NCBI GenBank assembly: GCA_964383325.1 | Contig: CAYLGY010000001.1 | Location: 7,230-71,229 of the forward strand | Source of the DNA: an uncultured Rhizobiaceae bacterium | GTDB lineage: Bacteria > Pseudomonadota > Alphaproteobacteria > Rhizobiales > Rhizobiaceae | DNA: 64,000 nucleotides | Direction of reading: 5' to 3' | Part shown: piece by piece, positions 57,307 through 64,000 of the stretch | Layout of the letters: every line of letters begins with the position of its first letter | How positions within the stretch are numbered: position 1 is the stretch's first letter | The notes under the pieces: generated by a model | Database searches by the model: none | What the model was told of the DNA's origin: nothing | What the model saw: only the letters and a program-made list of their open reading frames with translations | Program-made: the position numbers and the translations under genes

Positions 57307-57700
57307 CAAAATTTCCTATTCCGACCTGGGTGCCGCCGATCCCACCACCGAGCCGTTCTGGCAGGCTTGCGCCGAAGGGAGGCTCACGGTGCAGCGCTGC
57401 ACCGGCTGTGGATCGCACCAGTTCTATCCGCGCCCCTTCTGCCTGTCGTGCGAAGCGATCTCCCTGGAGTGGGTGGAGGCCAGCGGCAACGGCACGATCT
57501 ATTCGCTGACCACTGTCCGCATGCCCGTCACGGACGAATTGCCGCCCCCCTATCTGCTGGCCCTCGTCGACCTCGAGGAAGGGCCGCGGTTGCTCACCAA
57601 TATCGAGGCCGAGTCGGCTAGAATTGGCGATCGCGTAAAGGTCGCATGGCGACAAAGGGAAGGGCTCCCTCCGCTTCCGGTCTTCGAGCCCGCCGGCTGA
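57299..57700 (+). CDS. DUF35 OB-fold/Zn-ribbon protein
   Basis: Zn ribbon CTGCGSHQFYPRPFCLSC followed by an OB-fold. Probable GTG start overlaps the upstream stop (GTGACTGA). Confidence 0.7.
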   Translation: MTDKISYSDLGAADPTTEPFWQACAEGRLTVQRCTGCGSHQFYPRPFCLSCEAISLEWVEASGNGTIYSLTTVRMPVTDELPPPYLLALVDLEEGPRLLTNIEAESARIGDRVKVAWRQREGLPPLPVFEPAG

Positions 57701-57703
57701 AGG

Positions 57704-58900
57704 ATGAGTACCGCCGCTGCGAGTCCCGTCGAAGATTGTATCTTGCGAATTGGCGAGCTGATTGGATTTCCGACAGTCTCGCGCGATCCGAACCGCGAGC
57801 TTCTACACTCCGTGGAAAGCCTGCTCGCCGCCCACGGCATCTCTTCGGACATCCTCTGGAACGCGGAAGGGACCAAGGGCAATCTCTGGGCCACCATCGG
57901 TCCACCCGATGTCCCTGGGGTGATCCTGTCCGGCCATAGTGATGTCGTTCCGGTCGACGGTCAGGCCTGGACCAGCGACCCATTCGTGCTCCGTCGAGCA
58001 GATGGACGACTCTATGGTCGTGGGGCCTGCGACATGAAGGGGTTCATCGGCATCATCCTTGCCGCGGTTCCCGCGCTTGTGCAGCGCGACCTCAAGGCGC
58101 CGATCCACATCGCGATCTCCTATGACGAGGAAATCGGATGCCTGGGCGTCACCAGCCTCATCGAGCGGATTGCGGCCATGCCGGTGAAGCCCGCATTGTG
58201 CATCGTCGGCGAGCCGACCAGCATGCGGGTCGTGCTCGGCCACAAGGGCGGAGGCCTGTTCCGGGTTTCGGTTTCGGGGAGCAGCGCGCATTCGAGCCTC
58301 GCCCCGACCGCGGTCAATGCAGTCGAATACGCGGCCGAACTGATCGGCTTCATCCGGGGCCTTTCGACCGAGCATGTCCACGCTGGTCCGCACGACCATG
58401 GCTATGACGTGAGCCATTCCACGCTATCGGTCACCTCGATCCATGGCGGGACGGCGATGAACATCATCCCCAACAGCTGCGAATTCACCTTCGATATCCG
58501 CTCGCTGCCGGAGGTGGATGCCGCTGCGCTCGTGAAGCGCATCCGGCACCACGCAGATACCACGCTCCTCCCTCGCATGCGTTCGGTTGCCCCGGATGCG
58601 ACGATCGGAATCGAGACGCTGGTCGAGCTCGTGGGTTTGTCCACCGAGGAAGAACATCCGGCAGTGACATTCGTGAAGCGACTGGTCGGCCGCAACGATC
58701 ACGCGAAGGTTGCCTTTGGGACCGAGGCAGGTCTCTTCAGCAAGAGGGCGGGCGTGCCTTCCGTGGTGTGCGGCCCGGGCTCGATCGAGCAGGCGCACAA
58801 GCCCGACGAGTTCATCGAGATTTCCGAGGTGGAACGCTGTCGCGTTTTCATTGACAGGCTCGCAACGCAGCTGGAACAATCCAGCCTGCCCTGGGCCTGA
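57704..58900 (+). CDS. M20-family deacylase (ArgE/acetylornithine deacetylase-like)
   Basis: LSGHSDVVPV and YGRGACDMKGF motifs. 398 aa. Confidence 0.8.
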   Translation: MSTAAASPVEDCILRIGELIGFPTVSRDPNRELLHSVESLLAAHGISSDILWNAEGTKGNLWATIGPPDVPGVILSGHSDVVPVDGQAWTSDPFVLRRADGRLYGRGACDMKGFIGIILAAVPALVQRDLKAPIHIAISYDEEIGCLGVTSLIERIAAMPVKPALCIVGEPTSMRVVLGHKGGGLFRVSVSGSSAHSSLAPTAVNAVEYAAELIGFIRGLSTEHVHAGPHDHGYDVSHSTLSVTSIHGGTAMNIIPNSCEFTFDIRSLPEVDAAALVKRIRHHADTTLLPRMRSVAPDATIGIETLVELVGLSTEEEHPAVTFVKRLVGRNDHAKVAFGTEAGLFSKRAGVPSVVCGPGSIEQAHKPDEFIEISEVERCRVFIDRLATQLEQSSLPWA

Positions 58901-58944
58901 ACTGTCAGTCGAAGCGCCGGCGCGCTGCAAGTCGGGAGGGGAAT

Positions 58945-59610
58945 ATGCCGACAAGAATATACGAAACCGAGGTCGAACTACTGCCAAAGGACGAGCTCAG
59001 TGCATGGGCGAGCATTCCGGTCACCATCGTCTCTGATGTGAGCGCCGGAAGATTTATCGCAGATCCGCGCATCCGTCCGCTGCGACCGTTTGCGTTGGGC
59101 AGGCGAATGGTCGGACAGGTCGTGACGGCCTGGTGCGAGCGGGGGGATTTCGGACCGGTCCTGCATGCGCTGGACCTCGCTCGTGCCGGTGAGGTCGTCG
59201 TAGTCGACGCGGGCGGCTGCCTGCAGACGGCATATGCGGGCGAGATCCTGTGCAGCTACGCGCGCAAGAAAGGCATTGCCGGCTTCGCCATCAACGGCGC
59301 ATTGAGAGATATCGATACGATCGGCAACTGGGAGGATTTTCCCGCCTTTGCCTTGGGAAACACGGCCCGAGGGCCGATCTCGAAAGATCGAGGCTCCGTC
59401 AATGGCGAAATTGTCTTTGCGGGAATTGTTGCGCGGCCTGGCGACATCATGCTCGGTGACAATGATGGCCTTGCCATCATCCCGCGCGCGGAAGCCTCCG
59501 TTGTCCTGAAGGAAGCGCAGAAGCGCCTGGGCATGGAAGAAGACTGGGTGGCGCAGCTCGCCACTGGACGGACATTGAAAGACGTTTTCAGCCTTCAGGC
59601 CGTCAGGTGA
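58945..59610 (+). CDS. RraA-family protein (RraA / 4-hydroxy-4-methyl-2-oxoglutarate aldolase-like)
   Basis: Motifs GEVVVVDAGG...AYAGEIL, INGALRD and GDNDGLAIIP. Confidence 0.75.
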   Translation: MPTRIYETEVELLPKDELSAWASIPVTIVSDVSAGRFIADPRIRPLRPFALGRRMVGQVVTAWCERGDFGPVLHALDLARAGEVVVVDAGGCLQTAYAGEILCSYARKKGIAGFAINGALRDIDTIGNWEDFPAFALGNTARGPISKDRGSVNGEIVFAGIVARPGDIMLGDNDGLAIIPRAEASVVLKEAQKRLGMEEDWVAQLATGRTLKDVFSLQAVR

Positions 59611-59645
59611 TGTTGCAGATTGCCTGCTGAACTTGCCCGTCTGCG

Positions 59646-59667
59646 CATGATCTATTCGGGAAAGCGG
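59646..59667. repeat. REP/RIME-like element (degenerate fragment)
   Basis: CATGATCTATTCGGGAAAGCGG. Confidence 0.3.
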
Positions 59668-59771
59668 TGAAAAAACTGAGTAACGTCGAGCTCAGGTTCC
59701 TTACCAGTGTCTGTCTATTGTGATACTCCTTGTCTGCAACGCCGATCCACCCGGTCAAGAAGGGACATCAC

Positions 59772-61286
59772 ATGGAACACCCGACGCCCCAAACCTACCG
59801 CGGCAATGATCGGTTGCTGTTTGGCATCATCCTGGGCGTGCTCGCCTTCTGGCTGTTTGCGCAAACGACACTGAATATCGCGCCGGACATGGCAGCGGAT
59901 CTCCAGCTCGAACAATCCCTGATGAATATTGCGGTGTCGATCACCGCGCTGTTTTCCGGCATCTTCATCGTGGTCATGGGCGGCCTCGCGGACCGGTTGG
60001 GCCGCGTCAGGATCCTGATGTATGGCTTCATTCTCTCCATCATCGGCTCGCTGCTGGTCGGACTGGCGCCCTCCGGCGGCCTCGGCAGCACATTCCTGAT
60101 GCTCGGCCGCATCTGCCAGGGGCTTTCCGCGGCATTCATCATGCCCTCGTCACTGGCGCTGGTGAAAGCCTATTGGGAGGGAGCGGAGCGCCAGAGGGCA
60201 ATTTCGCTCTGGTCGATGGGGTCGTGGGGCGGCTCGGGATTTGCAGCGCTTTTTGGCGGGTTGATGGCACAGAATGTCGGCTGGCGCTGGATTTTCATCA
60301 TTGCCGCCATCGTATCTGTTGTCGGCATGCTCATGGTGCGCGGCACGCCTGAGAGCAAGGCTCCGCAAAAAGCAGACTACAAGTTCGACCTGCCTGGTGT
60401 GGTAACCTTCATGATCGCGATGGTGGCATTGCAGATTTATGCCACGCAAGGCAGCGCATGGGGCTGGACCAGCCTGGCCTCGTTTGGCCTGCTGGCTGTT
60501 GCTGTGATCTTCAGCATCCTGTTCTATCGGATCGAAAGCAATAATCCGAACGCGTTTGTCCAGTTCCGCCTGTTCAGGAACCTGACCTATACTGGCGCGA
60601 CGACATCAAACCTGCTGTTGAATGCCACCGCCGGCATCATCATGGTCGCCATGCTGGTCTTGCAGCAGGGTGGCGAGATGACCGCACAGAAGGCTGGGCT
60701 TCTGACCATCGGCTATGCCATAACCATTCTTGCCTTCATCCGCTTTGGTGAAAAGCTGCTGCAGCGGCATGGACCCCGCAAGCCAATGCTTTGGGGCAGC
60801 TATATTGTCGCCGTGTCGATCGCGTTGCTGATGCCGACCAACCTGATGCTTGGCACCTATACCCTTCTGGCGATCATCGCATTTTCGTTGTTTGGCGTCG
60901 GCCTTGCCTTCTACGCCACGCCTTCTACCGATGCGGCACTGTCCAACCTGCCGGAGGACCAGGCAGGTGCGGGCGCCGGCATCTACAAGATGGCCTCTTC
61001 GCTGGGTGCATCCTTTGGCGTTGCCATCTCGGCCACGATCTACACCGCCATCGCCGGGGATCCGCAAGGAGTCGAGTGGATCGAAGGGGTCATAACCTTC
61101 ACGGGTAACCAGGAAAACCTGGCTTCGCGTGAAGCGGCCTTCTTCGCCTTGCTGGCCAATCTTGTCATGGTGGCAGCCGCGGTCGTTTCCATCCTGCTCA
61201 CCGTGCCGAAAGGCAAGTCAGTGGAGCGAGTCGATCCAGCCCCCGCCAGGCGTATCGATCCGGACATTTCGGGAGAAGTGACATGA
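59772..61286 (+). CDS. MFS transporter, 14-TMS DHA2 (EmrB/QacA)-like
   Basis: ORF trimmed to MEHPTPQTYRGNDRLLFG.... GGLADRLGR motif; about 14 TM segments. Confidence 0.85.
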   Translation: MEHPTPQTYRGNDRLLFGIILGVLAFWLFAQTTLNIAPDMAADLQLEQSLMNIAVSITALFSGIFIVVMGGLADRLGRVRILMYGFILSIIGSLLVGLAPSGGLGSTFLMLGRICQGLSAAFIMPSSLALVKAYWEGAERQRAISLWSMGSWGGSGFAALFGGLMAQNVGWRWIFIIAAIVSVVGMLMVRGTPESKAPQKADYKFDLPGVVTFMIAMVALQIYATQGSAWGWTSLASFGLLAVAVIFSILFYRIESNNPNAFVQFRLFRNLTYTGATTSNLLLNATAGIIMVAMLVLQQGGEMTAQKAGLLTIGYAITILAFIRFGEKLLQRHGPRKPMLWGSYIVAVSIALLMPTNLMLGTYTLLAIIAFSLFGVGLAFYATPSTDAALSNLPEDQAGAGAGIYKMASSLGASFGVAISATIYTAIAGDPQGVEWIEGVITFTGNQENLASREAAFFALLANLVMVAAAVVSILLTVPKGKSVERVDPAPARRIDPDISGEVT

Positions 61287-62437
61287 ATGCCATCGCCCGG
61301 CAGCTTGACACGGAGACGATGCGGCAGTGGTTCGAGCACATGCATCGCCATCCCGAACTTTCGATGCAAGAGACCAACACCGCAGCGTTCATCGCCGAGA
61401 CACTACGAGGCATTGGCGGCTTCGAGATCGAAACCGGCATCGGCAAGAACGGCATCGTGGCCTCGCTCAAGGTTGGCGACAGCGACAAGGTGATCGGGCT
61501 GCGCGCCGATTTCGATGCGTTGCCGATCCAGGAAGAGAACGACTTTCCATACAAGTCGACCGTTGCGGGCGTTGCCCATCTGTGCGGCCATGATGGGCAT
61601 ACCACGATGCTGCTTGGCGCGGCCCGATATCTTGCCGATACCCGCAATTTCAATGGCACTGTACGGCTGATCTTCCAGCCCGGCGAAGAGACCATGGAAG
61701 GCGGTCCGGCGATGATCGCGGACGGGCTGTTCGAACGCTTTCCGGTCGATGCCGTCTTCGGCATGCATAACATTCCCGGTCTCGAGGAAGGCAAATTCTA
61801 TTTCCACCCCGGCGAGATGATGTCGGCTGTCGACAATTGGGAGGTCGAGATCATCGGCAAGGGTGGCCATGGCGGCATCCCTGAACTGACCATCGATCCG
61901 GTCGTGGCCGGTTCGTCGATCGTGATGGCGATCCAGAGTATTGTCGCGCGCAATGTCGCGCCGGCGCATCGCGCGGTCGTGACCATCGGTGCGTTTCTGG
62001 CGGGCAATGCCGGCAATGTCGTGGCGAGCAGCGCCACCCTGCGTTTTTCCATCCGGACGACGACAGCCGAAGATCGCGAGATGGTGCTTGGCAATATCCG
62101 CCGTATCGTCGATCACCAGTCAAGATCGTTCGGCTGCAAGGCAGAGATCCGCGAGGGTATCCCCGGAGCCGTGCTGGTCAATGACAAGGAAGAAACCGAA
62201 AAAGCAGTAAGGATCGCGCAGGCGGCATTCGGCGAAGACCAGGTAATCTATCCCGGCCCATCCTTCCTTGCCTCGGAAGATTTTGCCTTCATGCTGCAAA
62301 AGAAGAAAGGCACGTACTGCTTTCTGGGCAGCGGGCCGGGCAAGATGGTTCATCACCCTGAATATTTCTTCAACCAGAACATTCTGCCTGTCGGTGCCGC
62401 GTATTGGGTTGCATTGACGGAAGGCTATTTGCGCTGA
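61283..62437 (+). CDS. M20D amidohydrolase (hippurate hydrolase / N-acyl-amino-acid amidohydrolase-like)
   Basis: HRHPELSMQE, LRADFDALP and HLCGHDGHT motifs. ATGA overlap with the MFS gene. Confidence 0.85.
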   Translation: MNAIARQLDTETMRQWFEHMHRHPELSMQETNTAAFIAETLRGIGGFEIETGIGKNGIVASLKVGDSDKVIGLRADFDALPIQEENDFPYKSTVAGVAHLCGHDGHTTMLLGAARYLADTRNFNGTVRLIFQPGEETMEGGPAMIADGLFERFPVDAVFGMHNIPGLEEGKFYFHPGEMMSAVDNWEVEIIGKGGHGGIPELTIDPVVAGSSIVMAIQSIVARNVAPAHRAVVTIGAFLAGNAGNVVASSATLRFSIRTTTAEDREMVLGNIRRIVDHQSRSFGCKAEIREGIPGAVLVNDKEETEKAVRIAQAAFGEDQVIYPGPSFLASEDFAFMLQKKKGTYCFLGSGPGKMVHHPEYFFNQNILPVGAAYWVALTEGYLR

Positions 62438-62537
62438 CTGGATGCGTGACCTCGTCCGCGATCATGCCACGGCCGGCAACCTGAATGCCCCCGCCCGTAT
62501 TTGAAGGCTCGGGACGGTCCATCGAACAGGAAAGGCT

Positions 62538-64000
62538 CTACCCCTCCTCCGCGAGCCTTGTTCCCCTGAGGAGGCCATGCTCTTCGAGGATGGGGTAGGC
62601 GATCGAGGCAAGCAGGGAGTTGATCTGCTTGAGGTCGCGGATCGTGTCGAGGTGGAGCGAGCTGGTTTCAATACTCTTGCGCGAGCCCTCGCGCAGTCGC
62701 TCGAAATGGCGTTGGCTGGTGTCGCGCTCAAGGTCGCGCATTCGGTCCTTTTCCCGCACCAGTTCCTGCGCGGTGACGACATCTCGGGAGATCAGGACGT
62801 TGAAAGCAAGGCGAGCATTGTTGAGGACGGAGGCATGCAGGTTTGACAGTTCGCGCCAGCCTTCAGGGGTGAAGACCAGTCCGCGGTCGAGCTTCTTCTT
62901 CACATGGGTCAGCATGTTGCGGGTGATGATGTCGCCGACCTGTTCGAGGCGCACGCAGGCATCGAGTAGTTCATTGGTGCGCAGGATCTCGGCCTCGCTC
63001 ATCTGTTCGGGCGGGATGCGCACGAGATAGAGCTTGATGGCGGCGTGCTTGCGGTCGACCTTGTCGTCAAGGGCTGCGAGTGCGTCCATTCGGGCACGGT
63101 CAGGCTCCTCGAGAAGCTCCATGATGTTCTTCAGCATCACCTCGACGGTTTCGCAGACGCCGACGACGGCGCGGGTGACGTTGGCGAGTGCGCGGGACGG
63201 CGCGTTGAGCGCGTCGGGGTCGAGGGCGCTTGCCTCGCGGTCTTCAAGCTGCACCGCGGTTCGGGCGCTGGAGGAAAGCAGGCCGTCCAGCGCGCGGGTC
63301 ACGAAGCCGGCGAGCGGCGCTCCGGCCAGCACCAGCAAGACATTGAAGGCGATATGGGCGTGGACGATCTGAAGCGGGGCGCTCGAGCCGAGCCTGTCGA
63401 GCGGCAAATCGAACCAGACGAGAACGGCCAGGGCGATCAGCGCACCAAGGCCGCGTACGGCAAGGTTGCCAAAGGGCACGATGCGGCTCGGCGGTGGCAT
63501 GGTGCGCGACAGTATCGTGGCGATCAGCCCGCCACCGAGATTGGCGCCGAGAACCATGACGACGCCGAGTTCGGCCGGGATCAGTCCGCGTGCTGCAAGT
63601 GCCATCACCAGCAGGATGAAGGCGACGCTGGAATGGAAAAGCCATGTCATCACGGCAGCGATGAAGAAGGCGGTGACGGCGTCCCCGGCCAGATAGTTGA
63701 TGACGACGGGGAGGATGCGGCTTTCGCGCAGCGGTTCGGAGGCCGAGCCGATCATCTGCAGCGACAGGAGCAACAGACCTATTCCAACAAGGATGCGCCC
63801 GAACTGGCGCCAGGTGCGGCGCTCGGTGGCCAGGAAGATCGTGGTACCGCAGAAGATGGCGACGGGCACCAGTAGCGACAGGTCGAAGGACAGCAGCTTG
63901 ACGACGAGGGCCGAACCGAGATCCGCGCCGAGAACGGCGACAAGGCCAGCGGCCGCACCGACGATGCCGGAACCGACGAATGAGCCGACGAGAAGGGCAA
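62538..64000 (-). CDS. Na/Pi-cotransporter family protein with C-terminal PhoU-like domain (5' end beyond window)
   Basis: The same frame stays open from 63869 to the window edge (…ALLVGSFVGSGIVGAAAGLVAVLGADLGSALVVKLLSFDLSLLVPVAIF…), so the GTG at 63869 in the ORF track is internal. Confidence 0.8.
   Translation of the reverse strand, partial: ALLVGSFVGSGIVGAAAGLVAVLGADLGSALVVKLLSFDLSLLVPVAIFCGTTIFLATERRTWRQFGRILVGIGLLLLSLQMIGSASEPLRESRILPVVINYLAGDAVTAFFIAAVMTWLFHSSVAFILLVMALAARGLIPAELGVVMVLGANLGGGLIATILSRTMPPPSRIVPFGNLAVRGLGALIALAVLVWFDLPLDRLGSSAPLQIVHAHIAFNVLLVLAGAPLAGFVTRALDGLLSSSARTAVQLEDREASALDPDALNAPSRALANVTRAVVGVCETVEVMLKNIMELLEEPDRARMDALAALDDKVDRKHAAIKLYLVRIPPEQMSEAEILRTNELLDACVRLEQVGDIITRNMLTHVKKKLDRGLVFTPEGWRELSNLHASVLNNARLAFNVLISRDVVTAQELVREKDRMRDLERDTSQRHFERLREGSRKSIETSSLHLDTIRDLKQINSLLASIAYPILEEHGLLRGTRLAEEG

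Noticed and set aside
44128-62437. Horizontally acquired genomic island / integrative element
   Set aside because: There is no integrase, transposase, tRNA target or flanking direct repeats, and GC content is similar to the rest of the window. The REP element at one edge only is insufficient evidence.

Overview
High-GC (roughly 60-63%) alphaproteobacterial DNA. Gene content and synteny look Rhizobiaceae-like: hmuPSTUV with a RirA-type box, and secA / PPIase / argJ / GNAT / mutT. The window is densely coding, with about 65 CDS. I found no rRNA, tRNA, IS/transposase/integrase genes or CRISPR arrays. Order, left to right: nnrS; a TRAP transporter; the hmuPSTUV haem-uptake operon; a small XRE regulator coupled to a six-gene hydrogenase-4/complex-I-like operon whose large subunit lacks the NiFe cysteines (Ehr-type); an ATC-hydrolase-like gene; a very tightly packed 12-gene operon (unknown helical protein + DUF3830-like protein + Liv-type ABC importer + a complete PTS-dependent dihydroxyacetone-kinase set with an embedded HTH ORF); cspA with a long structured 3' region; secA; a parvulin PPIase; argJ; a GNAT; mutT; a DUF883/YqjE-like stress pair with a sigma-EcfG-type promoter; DUF808; mccB-mccA; hdeD; a VOC / tandem-DUF1428 / HxlR module; an ~18 kb catabolic island; and a partial Na/Pi cotransporter. 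The catabolic island carries an R-specific beta-oxidation-like module, a polyamine-type ABC importer, an amidohydrolase, an aminotransferase, TetR, a Cys-less thiolase-like protein + DUF35, M20 deacylases, an RraA-like protein and an MFS transporter. A palindromic REP/RIME-like intergenic repeat family brackets several modules. All family calls come from motif recognition by eye and memory; no database search was run. CDS coordinates follow the supplied ORF track, with starts trimmed where an N-terminal extension looked spurious. Coordinates of non-coding features are hand-counted and may be off by 1-2 nt.
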